Positions 19,423-29,195 of a DNA stretch of 64,000 nt are shown in pieces. Position 1 is the first letter of the stretch, and every line of letters starts with the position of its first letter. Location of the stretch: the NCBI GenBank assembly GCA_963779415.1, contig CAVZYA010000002.1:576001-640000 (forward strand). Reading direction: 5' to 3'. A program made the translations under genes and the position numbers. Below the pieces are notes generated by a model, which saw only the letters and a program-made list of their open reading frames with translations, ran no database searches and was not told the DNA's origin. The DNA comes from an uncultured Acidobacteriota bacterium. GTDB lineage: Bacteria; Acidobacteriota; Thermoanaerobaculia; UBA5066.

Positions 19423-20189
19423 TGCGGCTCGAGAGGGTCTCGGCAGGCTACGGGGAGCGGGACGTGCTGCACGGCGTCACTCTCGGCGTGCCGCGGGGCG
19501 CGATCGTCGCCCTTCTCGGCGAGAACGGTGCGGGAAAGACGACGCTCCTGAAGCTCCTCGCGGGGCTTCTTCGCCCGCGCTCGGGGACGGTTCTCCTGGG
19601 CGACCGGCCGTTCGAGGCGGCGCCCCGCCGCGAGGCGGCCCGGCGGATCGGGTATCTCCCGCAGGGCTTCGAGCCGCTCTTCCCGATGCGTGCTCTCGAT
19701 GCCGTTCTTCTCGGTCGGATACCCCACCGGGGTCGGTTTGCAGCTCCCGGGCCGGCCGACCTCGCGGTCGCCCGCCGCGCCCTCGCGGAGCTGGACGCCG
19801 AGGCCTTCGCCGAGGCCGACCTCAGGGAAATGAGCGGCGGCGAGCGTCAGCGTGTCCTCCTGGCCCGTGTCTTCGCCGGGGATCCCGAGGTGATGCTCCT
19901 CGACGAGCCGACGGCGAGCCTCGACCCGCGGCACCGTCTCGTCGTCCTCGAAGCGCTCCGGCGCCGGGCCGCGGCAGGCGCGGCGATCCTTCTTTCGACG
20001 CACGAGCTGGAGTTCGCCGCCGGGGCCGACCGCGCCGTTCTCCTCGCGGAAGGGCGCGTCCTCGCCGAGGGACCCGCCCGGGAGACCCTCACCGCTCCGC
20101 TTCTGTCGAAGCTCTTCGGCGTCGTGGCCCGGGTCGTCCCGCTTCCCGACGGGACGCCGCTCATCTCGCTGGCGCGCCCCGTCGAGTAA
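19422..20189 (+). CDS. BtuD/FepC-type ABC ATP-binding protein
   Basis: GENGAGKTT, MSGGERQRV, LLDEPTASLD. Confidence 0.92.
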   Translation: MRLERVSAGYGERDVLHGVTLGVPRGAIVALLGENGAGKTTLLKLLAGLLRPRSGTVLLGDRPFEAAPRREAARRIGYLPQGFEPLFPMRALDAVLLGRIPHRGRFAAPGPADLAVARRALAELDAEAFAEADLREMSGGERQRVLLARVFAGDPEVMLLDEPTASLDPRHRLVVLEALRRRAAAGAAILLSTHELEFAAGADRAVLLAEGRVLAEGPARETLTAPLLSKLFGVVARVVPLPDGTPLISLARPVE

Positions 20190-20206
20190 CATCCGGACCT
20201 TCCGTC

Positions 20207-21049
20207 ATGTGGTTCCGCAAGGACAAGACCCCGCGCCCCGTCCGCAACCGCAGCTCCGCGTCGCTCGGCGAGGGGCTTTTCCTGAAGTGCGACGGGTGCC
20301 GGGAGACGCTCTACGCCAAGGAGGTCGAGCGGAACCAGCAGGTCTGCCCGAAATGCCGGTTCCACTTCCACCTCCCGGCCGAAGCCCGGCAGAAGCTCCT
20401 CCTCGACGAGGGCTCCGTCCGACCCCTCTTCGGCGGCATCCGCTCCACCGACCCGCTGAAGTTCCGGGACTCGAAGCGCTACCGCGACCGACTGAAGGAG
20501 TACGAGGCCCGCACCGGTCGGCCGGACGCCATCCTCGCGGCATCCGGGGCGCTCGAAGGACGGCCCGTCGTCGTGGCGGTTCTCGACTACGCCTTCATGG
20601 GGGGGTCGATGGGATCGGCCGTCGGCGAGGTGGTCACCCGCTGCGCGGAGCTCTCCCTCGCCGAGCGATGGCCGCTGATCCTCGTCTCGGCGTCGGGCGG
20701 GGCGCGGATGCAGGAGGGGATCCTCTCCCTCATGCAGATGGCGAAGATCTCGGCCGCTCTCGCGAGGCTCTCGGAAGGGCGGGTTCCGTGCATCTCCGTC
20801 CTGACCGATCCGACGACGGGGGGCGTCACGGCCTCCTTCGCGATGCAGGGGGACGTCATCCTCGCCGAGCCGAAGGCCCTCATCGGCTTCGCCGGGCCGC
20901 GCGTCATCGAACAGACGATCCGGCAGACCCTTCCGGAGGGGTTCCAGCGGTCCGAGTTCCTCCTCGAGCACGGCTTCATCGACGCCGTCGTCCCGCGGCC
21001 GGAGATGAAGGCGACGATCGGAACGCTCCTTTCGCTCCTCGCGGCGTGA
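20207..21049 (+). CDS. accD: acetyl-CoA carboxylase carboxyltransferase beta subunit
   Basis: C4 zinc finger KCDGC..CPKC, FMGGSMG, SGGARMQEG, PTTGGVTASFA. Confidence 0.97.
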   Translation: MWFRKDKTPRPVRNRSSASLGEGLFLKCDGCRETLYAKEVERNQQVCPKCRFHFHLPAEARQKLLLDEGSVRPLFGGIRSTDPLKFRDSKRYRDRLKEYEARTGRPDAILAASGALEGRPVVVAVLDYAFMGGSMGSAVGEVVTRCAELSLAERWPLILVSASGGARMQEGILSLMQMAKISAALARLSEGRVPCISVLTDPTTGGVTASFAMQGDVILAEPKALIGFAGPRVIEQTIRQTLPEGFQRSEFLLEHGFIDAVVPRPEMKATIGTLLSLLAA

Positions 21050-22251
21050 GCGGCCTCGCCTGGCTCGAGGCGATCGGGCCTCAACGGATCCGCCCCGGCC
21101 TCGACCGGACGCGTGCCCTTCTCGAGTCGCTCGGACGCCCCGAGCGCGCCTTCCGTTCGGTCCTCGTCGCCGGGACGAACGGGAAGGGCTCGACGGCGGC
21201 CGCGCTCTCCTCGATCCTGACACAGGCCGGGGTCCGTGCGGGCCTCTATACGTCGCCGCATCTCGTCCGGGTGACCGAGCGGATCCGGACGGGGGAGGCG
21301 GACGTCCCGGCGGCGCTTCTCGACGACGCCCTTTCCCTCGTCGCCGCCGTCGCGGGACCGGGGGAGCGCGGGCCGACCTATTTCGAGGCGCTGACGGTCG
21401 CCGCGCTCGAGATCTTCCGGCGGGAGAGAGTCGAGGTGGCGATCCTCGAGGTCGGGATCGGGGGCCGGCTCGACGCGACGAACGTCGTGGAGCCGGAGCT
21501 CTCGATCGTCACGAACATCGGGGCCGACCACCTCGAGGTCCTGGGCCCTTCGCTGGTCGATGTCGCACGCGAGAAGGCGGGAGTCTTCCGGCGGGGACAG
21601 CCGGCTCTCGTCGGGGCGGGCAGCTCGCCGCCGGAGGCGATGGCCGTCCTCCGCGCGGAAGCGACGCGGGTCGGCGCCCGGCTCGTGGAGGTCCCGCCGG
21701 ACGCCCGCTTCGAGAGCGAATCACCTCTCCCCGGCCGGCACCAGCGGGCCAACCTCGCTCTCGCCGTCGCCGCGGCCCGCGCAATCACGCCGCTTCCGGA
21801 GGAGACGGTCCGCTCCGGGATCCGCGCCATCCGCTGGCCGGGCCGACTCCAGCGCGTGGAGCGGGCGGGGAGGCGGCCGCTCCTCCTCGACGGGGCGCAC
21901 AACCCCGACGGCGCCCTCGCTCTCGCGGCGTACCTCGACGAAGAGGGCCTTTCGGGCCGTGTCGATCTTCTCTTCGGCGCGATGGCCGACAAGAACGTGG
22001 AGGGAATCGCCGCGCCCCTTCTCGCGCGGGCCCGGCGCGTCGTCTTCGTTGCGGCCGGCTCGCCGCGCGCGGCCTCGCCGCCGTCCCTCAGGGAGCGGCT
22101 CGGGCGGGCGGACGCCGAGACCGCCGACTCCGTCGCCGACGCTCTCGCCCGTCTCGATGCCGTAGGACCGGACGCGACGCCCGTCCTCGTCGCCGGGTCG
22201 CTCTACGTCGTCGGCGAGGTCCTCGGACATCTGGAAGCCCGCTCCGGATAG
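21046..22251 (+). CDS. folC: folylpolyglutamate/dihydrofolate synthase
   Basis: VAGTNGKGST, YTSPHL, EVGIGGRLDATN, WPGRLQ, LDGAHN, AGSLYVVG. Confidence 0.95.
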   Translation: MSGLAWLEAIGPQRIRPGLDRTRALLESLGRPERAFRSVLVAGTNGKGSTAAALSSILTQAGVRAGLYTSPHLVRVTERIRTGEADVPAALLDDALSLVAAVAGPGERGPTYFEALTVAALEIFRRERVEVAILEVGIGGRLDATNVVEPELSIVTNIGADHLEVLGPSLVDVAREKAGVFRRGQPALVGAGSSPPEAMAVLRAEATRVGARLVEVPPDARFESESPLPGRHQRANLALAVAAARAITPLPEETVRSGIRAIRWPGRLQRVERAGRRPLLLDGAHNPDGALALAAYLDEEGLSGRVDLLFGAMADKNVEGIAAPLLARARRVVFVAAGSPRAASPPSLRERLGRADAETADSVADALARLDAVGPDATPVLVAGSLYVVGEVLGHLEARSG

Positions 22252-22261
22252 GATCGGTGCG

Positions 22262-23623
22262 ATGGCCGAAGCCCCGATTCCGCCCGTCGTCGCATTCAAC
22301 AAGGCCCAGATCGAAGCCGCCGAGGACGAGAGGCTCGCCCTCTACGCGGCGCGGGCCTGCCGGGCGACACGCCGGTACGAGACGGCGGGGGAGGGGCGCA
22401 CCTACGACTACCGGACCGAGTTCCAGCGCGACCGCGACCGGATCGTCCACTCACGCGCCTTCCGGCGGCTCAAGCACAAGACGCAGGTCTTCATCCCGTT
22501 CGAGGGAGACCACTACCGGACGCGCCTCACGCACACGCTCGAGGTGACGCAGGTGGCCCGGACGATGGCGCGGGCCCTCGGCCTGAACGAGGACCTGACC
22601 GAAGCGTGCGCTCTCGGGCACGACCTCGGGCACACGCCGTTCGGCCATTCCGGCGAGAAGGTCCTGAACCGGATCCTCTCGGGGGGAGAGGCCGCGATCC
22701 CCCTCGAGCCGCGGGTCGCGGCGCAGGCCGGGGCGTTCAAGCACAACTACCAGTCAGTCCGCGTCGTCGACGTTCTCGAGAAGCGGTACGAGCACCCGGG
22801 TCTCAACCTGACGAACGAGACGCGCGAGGGGATCCTCAAGCACACGACCTGGAAGCGGGATTTCAACTTCCCCGACATCGACCCCGAGGGGCTGAACCTC
22901 TCCTCGGGCTGTCACCTCGAGGGGCAGGCCGTCGAGTGGGCGGACGAATTCGCCCAGCAGGCGCACGACCTCGAGGACGGACTTTCTCTCGTCGGCCTCG
23001 AGCGGGCCCTCTCGCTCCCGATCGCGAAGACCGTGGCCGAGGCGCTCGGAGATCCCTTCGCCGCCGCGCCGGACGGCACCGTCAAGCGCGCGATGCTGAT
23101 CCGCGGGATCATCCACCTCCTCGTCACCGACCTGATCACCGCCTCGCGCGTGACGATCGAGCGGTGGCTCACCCAGCGGCGGATCGTGACCCCCGCCGAC
23201 TTCAGGGCCAACCGGCGGAAGCTCCCGGCGTCGCTCGTCGCTCCCTCGAAGACGGGAGACCGCCTCTACCGCGAGCTGAAGGAGTTCATCTACCAGCGCA
23301 TCATCCACAGCCACCGCGTCTCGCAGCACGACGAACGGGCGCATCTCGTCCTCGTGACGCTCTTTTCCGCTTACTACCGGAACCCGCGCCTCCTCCCCGA
23401 CGACGTCCTTCTCCGTTATCGCGACCTTGCCGGTGTCGCGTACCTGCGGGACATCCCGCTGAAGCGGCTCGAGACGGAGATCGCGGGGAGCTATCTCAAA
23501 AAGCCGCTCTTCCTCCGCTCCATCGCCGATTACCTCGCCGGGATGACCGACAGCTACGCCCTCGGCGAATACGACACGATGGTCTCGGCCTATCCACGGC
23601 GCCGCACGGGGAGCCCGGACTGA
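22262..23623 (+). CDS. dgt: deoxyguanosinetriphosphate triphosphohydrolase (HD family)
   Basis: FQRDRDRIVHSRAFRRLKHKTQV, RTRLTH, GHDLGHTPFGHSGE, DYLAGMTD. Confidence 0.93.
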   Translation: MAEAPIPPVVAFNKAQIEAAEDERLALYAARACRATRRYETAGEGRTYDYRTEFQRDRDRIVHSRAFRRLKHKTQVFIPFEGDHYRTRLTHTLEVTQVARTMARALGLNEDLTEACALGHDLGHTPFGHSGEKVLNRILSGGEAAIPLEPRVAAQAGAFKHNYQSVRVVDVLEKRYEHPGLNLTNETREGILKHTTWKRDFNFPDIDPEGLNLSSGCHLEGQAVEWADEFAQQAHDLEDGLSLVGLERALSLPIAKTVAEALGDPFAAAPDGTVKRAMLIRGIIHLLVTDLITASRVTIERWLTQRRIVTPADFRANRRKLPASLVAPSKTGDRLYRELKEFIYQRIIHSHRVSQHDERAHLVLVTLFSAYYRNPRLLPDDVLLRYRDLAGVAYLRDIPLKRLETEIAGSYLKKPLFLRSIADYLAGMTDSYALGEYDTMVSAYPRRRTGSPD

Positions 23624-23652
23624 CCCCCCCGGGGGGCGCTAAGATCCCGTGG

Positions 23653-24090
23653 ATGCGGATCGCCTTCGGGGCCGACCACGCCGGCTTCGCGTTGAAGGAG
23701 ACCCTGAAGAAGCACGCCGCCGCCCGGGGAAACGAAATCCTCGACCTCGGAACCTCCTCGACCGAATCCGTCGACTATCCCGACTTCGGACGGGCCGTCG
23801 GCGAGGCCGTGGCCGGCGGCCGTGCCGACCGCGGCGTGGCCGTCTGCGGGACGGGGATCGGGATCGCGATCGCGGCGAACAAGGTGCGGGGGATCCGCGC
23901 CGGCGTCCCGAACGACCTCTTCGCGACGCGACTCATGCGCGAGCACAACGACGCGAACGTCATCGCCTTCGGGGCGCGACTCGTCGCCCCGCCGCTCGCC
24001 GAGGCGATGCTCGACCTCTTTCTCGAAACCCCCTTCGCCGGCGGCCGCCACGAGCGGCGGGTGAAGAAGCTGAACGGAGAGACCCCATGA
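23653..24090 (+). CDS. rpiB: ribose-5-phosphate isomerase B
   Basis: [38 protein letters not shown]. Confidence 0.95.
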   Translation: MRIAFGADHAGFALKETLKKHAAARGNEILDLGTSSTESVDYPDFGRAVGEAVAGGRADRGVAVCGTGIGIAIAANKVRGIRAGVPNDLFATRLMREHNDANVIAFGARLVAPPLAEAMLDLFLETPFAGGRHERRVKKLNGETP

Positions 24091-25371
24091 CGACGACCGT
24101 CTCCGCCCCGCCCCGGCCGATCAACCGCCCGCTCGCCGAGGTCGACCCCGAGATCGCCGCCGTCCTCGACCGAGAGCTGGCCCGCCAGCGCGAGGGAATC
24201 GAGCTGATCGCCTCGGAGAACTTCACCTCCCGGGCGGTCCTCGCGGCGATGGGCTCGGTCCTGACGAACAAGTACGCCGAGGGGTATCCCGGCCGCCGCT
24301 ACTACGGCGGCTGCGTGAACGTGGACGAAGGGGAGTCGCTCGCCATCTCGCGGGCGAAGGCTCTCTTTTCGCCGGAGAACCCGGACGCCGTTCATGCGAA
24401 CGTTCAGCCCCACTCGGGCTCGCAGGCGAACGCCGCCGTCTACATGGCATGCCTCAAGCCGGGCGAAACGCTCCTCGGGATGTCGCTCTCGCACGGCGGC
24501 CACCTGACGCACGGCCACCCGCTCAACGTCTCCGGGAAGCTCTACCACGTCGTCGCGTACGGCGTCACGAAGGAGACCGAGCGGATCGACTACGACGAGC
24601 TCCTGAAGATCGCCGAGCAGGAGAAGCCGAAGCTGATCGTGGCGGGGGCTTCGGCCTATCCCCGGACGCTCGATTTCCCGGCGTTCCGGAAGGTCGCCGA
24701 CGCCGTCGGGGCGCTCCTGATGGTCGACATGGCGCACATCGCCGGCCTGATCGCCACGGGGCTCCACCCGTCACCGGTCGGACACGCGCACTTCGTCACG
24801 ACGACGACGCACAAGACGCTCCGCGGCCCGCGCGCGGGACTCATCCTCTACGACGCCGGAGTGGGCCAAGGAGATCGACAAGGCGGTCTTCCCCGGCCAG
24901 CAGGGGGGCCCGCTCGAGCACATCATCGCGGCGAAGGCCGTCGCGCTGAAGGAGGCGGCGGCGCCGGAGTTCCGGACCTACCAGCGGCAGGTCGTCGAGA
25001 ACGCGCGCGTCTTCGCCGACGCCGTCGCGTCGCACGGCTTCCGGATCGTCTCGGGAGGCACCGACAACCACCTCTTCCTCGTCGACGTCGGGAAGAAGGG
25101 GCTGACGGGAAAGGTCGCCGAAAAAGCGCTCGACGCGGCCGGAATCACGGTGAACAAGAACACGATCCCCTTCGACCCGAATCCGCCGATGGTGACGTCG
25201 GGCCTCCGGATCGGGACCCCCGCCGTCACGACCCGGGGAATGGGGCCGAAGGAGATGACGACGATCGCGGGGTGGATGGCCGAGGTCCTCGCGGCACCGG
25301 AGGACGTGGCGGTCCAGCAGAAGGTTCACGGAAAGGTCCGAGAACTCGCGGCTTCTTTCCCGCTTTACTAG
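24087..25371 (+). CDS. glyA: serine hydroxymethyltransferase; single-base frameshift near 24859
   Basis: [40 protein letters not shown]; after removing one G it continues [18 protein letters not shown]...GTDNHL...SGLRIGTPA...FPLY. Confidence 0.95.
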
Positions 25372-25375
25372 TTTT

Positions 25376-25428
25376 CGGGGGGTGCGACGACCGTCATCGC
25401 CCGGGAGACGCCGGGTTCGCACCCCCCG
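25376..25428. repeat. 12-bp inverted repeat at the convergent glyA/glycosyltransferase junction
   Basis: CGGGGGGTGCGA (25376-25387) and TCGCACCCCCCG (25417-25428); possible terminator or mRNA-stabilising stem. Confidence 0.45.
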
Positions 25429-26158
25429 CGCCCCCCTGACGCCGCATCGTCCGCGAGACGCGATAGCGGATGCGCAGGACGTCGAGGTAGGCCTGCGCGC
25501 CGGCGAGGAGCGTGACGCGCGAGTCGGGGGAGTCGAACCAGAGGACCGGGACCTCGGCGATCGGAAAGCCGAGCTTCCGGGCGAGGAGAAGAGCTTCCAC
25601 GTCCCAGGCGAACCGGTCCACCGTCGCGAGCGAGAAGACGGCCGCGGCCGCCTCGCGCGAGAAGAGCTTGAAGCCGCACTGCGTGTCGTGGATTCCCGGG
25701 ACGGCGGCGATCCGGACGAGGAGGTTGAAGAGCTTTCCCATCGCGACGCGGTAGAAGGGCTGGCTCTCTTTCACGAGCGTCGCGTCGACGGCGCGTGACC
25801 CGATCGCGACCGGAGCGCGCGCGGCAGCGAGCTTCTCCCACTCCCCGATCGGCGTCGAGAAGTCGGCGTCGGAGACGAGGACCTGCTTCCCCTCGGCCGC
25901 GAGGGCGCCGGCGCGGACGGCCGCTCCTTTCCCCCGGTTCCGGGGGAATCGGACGACGCGAAGCGAAAGTCCGAGCCGCCGCCCCGCCTCCTCGGCGCGC
26001 GCCGCCGTCCGGTCTCCCGATCCGTCGTCCACGACGACGACCTCGACGGAGAGGGACTCCTTCCGGCCGGAGAGATAGGCGGCGAGAGCCTCGAGCGAGA
26101 CGGGGAGGCGCGCCTCCTCGTGGTACGCCGGGATGACGATCGAGAGGTCGGGCCTCAC
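25394..26158 (-). CDS. GT2 polyprenol-phosphate glycosyltransferase (DPG/DPM synthase-like)
   Basis: [47 protein letters not shown]. Confidence 0.9.
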   Translation of the reverse strand: MRPDLSIVIPAYHEEARLPVSLEALAAYLSGRKESLSVEVVVVDDGSGDRTAARAEEAGRRLGLSLRVVRFPRNRGKGAAVRAGALAAEGKQVLVSDADFSTPIGEWEKLAAARAPVAIGSRAVDATLVKESQPFYRVAMGKLFNLLVRIAAVPGIHDTQCGFKLFSREAAAAVFSLATVDRFAWDVEALLLARKLGFPIAEVPVLWFDSPDSRVTLLAGAQAYLDVLRIRYRVSRTMRRQGGAGGANPASPGR

Positions 26159-26850
26159 GCCGGGGCGGCCTCGAAGACGAACTGATAGCCGAAAAGCGTC
26201 GGCCAGAGCCGCGCCGAAAGAAGCGCTCCTCCCCGGACGAGCCGGGCGATCGGCGGCCGGCCGAGTGCCGGAAGGGCCAGCTCCACGGGCATGGCCGTGG
26301 CGGCGACGCGGACGACACGGTAGCCGGCGGATTCGAGGAGAGCGCGTCCCGTGCGACGCGTGAAGAAGCGGAGGTGCGTCTCGTCGAGGATTCCGCGCGA
26401 GGCGTAGTCGAACCGGCCGGCGAGGAGGCCGAGCCGGACGGTCACGTTCGCGACGTTCGGGAGGGAGACGAGGAGGACGCCTGCGGGCTTCACGAACCGG
26501 TGGAGGAGGCGGAGCGCCCGCCCCGGCTCCTCGAGGTGCTCGAGGACGTCTCCCGCGACGACGACGTCGAAAGGCGATTCGTCGAGGGACTCCAGCGACT
26601 CGAGGAGGTGGCCCTGGGCGCATCGATCGAAAAGACCCGCCGAGGCGCGCGCCGCTTCCGGGTCGAGCTCGATCCCGGCGAGGAACGTGCAGCGCTCCCG
26701 GACCCGGCGCGCCAGCTCGCCCGCGCCGAAACCGACGTCGAGGAGACGAAGACCGGCCCCTCTCGCTTCGATCTTCTCGAGAAGCATCTCGTGCGAGGAG
26801 CCGGGGATCGGCTTCCAGGGATAGCGCGGCGCGGCGTCTCCGGCGCTCAG
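26155..26850 (-). CDS. class I SAM-dependent methyltransferase
   Basis: LLDVGFGAG, FDVVVAGDVLEHL, SLPNVAN, GILDETHLRFFT; start approximate. Confidence 0.85.
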   Translation of the reverse strand: MSAGDAAPRYPWKPIPGSSHEMLLEKIEARGAGLRLLDVGFGAGELARRVRERCTFLAGIELDPEAARASAGLFDRCAQGHLLESLESLDESPFDVVVAGDVLEHLEEPGRALRLLHRFVKPAGVLLVSLPNVANVTVRLGLLAGRFDYASRGILDETHLRFFTRRTGRALLESAGYRVVRVAATAMPVELALPALGRPPIARLVRGGALLSARLWPTLFGYQFVFEAAPA

Positions 26851-28541
26851 ACGGGAGACCTCTGCACGATCGGGATCCGGCGGCCGGTGCCGAAAGCCTT
26901 CATCGAGACCTTGAGCCCCGGCGCAGCCTGGGCCCTCTTGTACTCCGCGCGGTCGAGCTGTCCCGCGATCTTCCGGACGAGGGCGAGGGGCGCCCTCACG
27001 CGGCGTGCCGTCGTCGCGGCGGAGAGGTTCCGCTCCACCAGCGCCTCGAGGATCGCGTCGAGAACGTCGTAGGGCGGGAGCGAGTCCTGGTCCGTCTGGT
27101 CCGGCCTGAGCTCGGCCGACGGGGGCTTCTCGAGGCTCTCTTCCGGGATCAGGGGGCGGCCAGCGCGGGCGTTCAGGTAGCGGGCGAGTTCGTAAACACG
27201 CGTCTTCGGCAGGTCGGAGATCGGCGCGAGGCCGCCGCTCATGTCGCCGTAGAGCGTGCAGTAGCCGACGGCCAGCTCGCTCTTGTTTCCGGTCGTCAGG
27301 AGAAGCGGTCCGAGCTTGTTCGAGACCGCCATCAGGAGAAGGCCCCGAAGCCGCGACTGGATGTTCTCCTCCGTCACGTCCTCGGGGCGTCCGGAGAAGA
27401 GCGGAGCGAGCGCCTCCTTCGCCGCGGCGAACGAGCGGTCGATCGGAAGAAGCTCGAACCGGATCCCGAGGTTCGCGGCAAGGGTCCGGGCGTCCTCGAC
27501 CGATCCCGGCGAGGAGTAGGGAGACGGGAGGCCGAAGCCGGTCACGTTCGCGCCCCCGAGGGCATCGACCGCGAGGGAGGCGACGAGGGCGGAGTCGATG
27601 CCGCCCGAGAGGCCGAGGATGGCCGTCGCAAAGCCGCACTTCCCGGCGTAGTCCCGGATCCCGAGAACGAGGGCGCGCCGGAGCGACTCGAGGGCGTTCC
27701 CTTCGGCGTCGTCGGGCAGGTCTTCCGGCGCTCCTCCGGCGACGGGAACGACGCCGCGCGGGGCCGGACCCTTCGGCAGATCGACGACGAGGAAGTCCTC
27801 CGCGAAGAGGGCTCCGCGTGCCGCGACCTTGCCGCGGCCGTCGAGAACGATCGTCCCGCCGTCGAAGACGAGCTCGTCGTTCCCGCCCACGAGGTTCACG
27901 TAGGCCACCGGGACGCGGCCGTCCCGCGAAAGGCGCGCGAGCATCCGGCGCCGGAGGCGCGGCTTCCCCTCGCTGAAGGGAGAAGCCGAGATGTTGAGGA
28001 TCAGTGTCGCGCCGCGCCGGACCATCTCTTCGCCCGGGTCCAGCCTGTAGAGGCGGCGGGAACGCCAGAAGTCCTTGTCGTTCCAGAGATCCTCGCAGAT
28101 CGAGAGCCCGAGCCGCTCGCCGCCGAAGGGGACGACGATGCCGGAGGTTCCCGGCTCGAAATGGCGTGCCTCGTCGAAGACGTCGTACGTCGGGAGGAGG
28201 AGCTTCTTCGCGACGGCCCGGATCCGGCCCCGGTGGAGGAGGACGGCGGCGTTGAAGAACGGCTTGCCGGTCCTCCGCGGGTTCGGGAGGAACGTCCCGA
28301 CGAGGAGGGCGGTCTCCTTCGTCCGGCGCGCGAGGCTCCGGAGCGCTCGCGCCGCTTCGCGCTGGAACGCGGGGCGGTCGATGAGGTCGCGGGGCGGGTA
28401 GCCGCAGAGGGCCATCTCGGGCACCGCGAGGAGATGGGCCCCCGCCGCTTCCGCGCGGCCGAGAGCGGCGACGATCTTCGCGGTGTTTCCCCGGAAGTCG
28501 CCGACGGTCGTGTCGAGCTGCGAGAGGGCGAGGCGCATCAC
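26847..28541 (-). CDS. nadE: glutamine-dependent NAD+ synthetase
   Basis: Nitrilase domain (PEM, ICEDLW) plus GLSGGIDS, ENIQSR, TGNKSE, YCTLYGD, PPSAEL. Confidence 0.96.
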   Translation of the reverse strand: MMRLALSQLDTTVGDFRGNTAKIVAALGRAEAAGAHLLAVPEMALCGYPPRDLIDRPAFQREAARALRSLARRTKETALLVGTFLPNPRRTGKPFFNAAVLLHRGRIRAVAKKLLLPTYDVFDEARHFEPGTSGIVVPFGGERLGLSICEDLWNDKDFWRSRRLYRLDPGEEMVRRGATLILNISASPFSEGKPRLRRRMLARLSRDGRVPVAYVNLVGGNDELVFDGGTIVLDGRGKVAARGALFAEDFLVVDLPKGPAPRGVVPVAGGAPEDLPDDAEGNALESLRRALVLGIRDYAGKCGFATAILGLSGGIDSALVASLAVDALGGANVTGFGLPSPYSSPGSVEDARTLAANLGIRFELLPIDRSFAAAKEALAPLFSGRPEDVTEENIQSRLRGLLLMAVSNKLGPLLLTTGNKSELAVGYCTLYGDMSGGLAPISDLPKTRVYELARYLNARAGRPLIPEESLEKPPSAELRPDQTDQDSLPPYDVLDAILEALVERNLSAATTARRVRAPLALVRKIAGQLDRAEYKRAQAAPGLKVSMKAFGTGRRIPIVQRSPV

Positions 28542-29188
28542 GCGGCGTGCGGATGCGCGGGCGCGACGGTCGTCCCGGACATCAGATCCGCGAGGGTCCG
28601 GCCGCGCCGGTCGAACGCCGCCAGGAGGAGGGGAACCCCCGCGAGCGCGCCCGTCAGGAGGAATCCGAGAAAACGGAGGAAGGAGGCGGCCAGGGTCGGA
28701 GAGCCTCCGTCCTCCGTCCGGATCCGGAGGTCCGCGAGCGCCATCCCCGGTGTCGTCCCCCAGACGAACGGAGCCAGAACGAGCAGGACGAGGGCGACGA
28801 GGAGGAGGAACGCTCCGACCGGCACGAAGGCCGCGAGCGGAAACCGGAGATTCAGGAGGAGCGAGCCCGCCGCCAGCTGGACGGCCCCGACGAGGGCGAG
28901 GATGACGAGGTCCGCGAGCCCCGCCGCGATGCGCCGCGCAAAGGTGACGCCCTCCTCTCCCGAGTCGTCTTCGGCTTCCACCGCGTCCGGAATCGTCTCC
29001 ATCTCCACGGTTGTCGCGGCAACCGGCGGTGGTGCGGGCGGACCGGCGGACGGCTCGGACCCCGGCGGGCGGATCGGGGCCTCCCCCAGATCCGGGAAGA
29101 GCGAGAGTGTCCTGGGTTTCGTCCCCCGGCGCGGCGCCTCTCCCCCGAGAGGGTGCTCGGCCAGCGGATCTCGGGGCGTATCGGCCAT
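28538..29188 (-). CDS. RDD family membrane protein
   Basis: RRIAAGLAD, GTTPGM, RTLADLMSGT. Confidence 0.85.
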   Translation of the reverse strand: MADTPRDPLAEHPLGGEAPRRGTKPRTLSLFPDLGEAPIRPPGSEPSAGPPAPPPVAATTVEMETIPDAVEAEDDSGEEGVTFARRIAAGLADLVILALVGAVQLAAGSLLLNLRFPLAAFVPVGAFLLLVALVLLVLAPFVWGTTPGMALADLRIRTEDGGSPTLAASFLRFLGFLLTGALAGVPLLLAAFDRRGRTLADLMSGTTVAPAHPHAA

Positions 29189-29195
29189 CAGACGG

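Noticed and set aside
22262-23623. dGTPase as an anti-phage defence gene
   Set aside because: Embedded in the accD-folC-rpiB-glyA housekeeping run with no defence or mobile genes nearby; ordinary Dgt is more parsimonious
24850-24870. Programmed frameshifting in glyA
   Set aside because: No slippery heptamer; similar single-base indels occur in unrelated genes, pointing to sequence error
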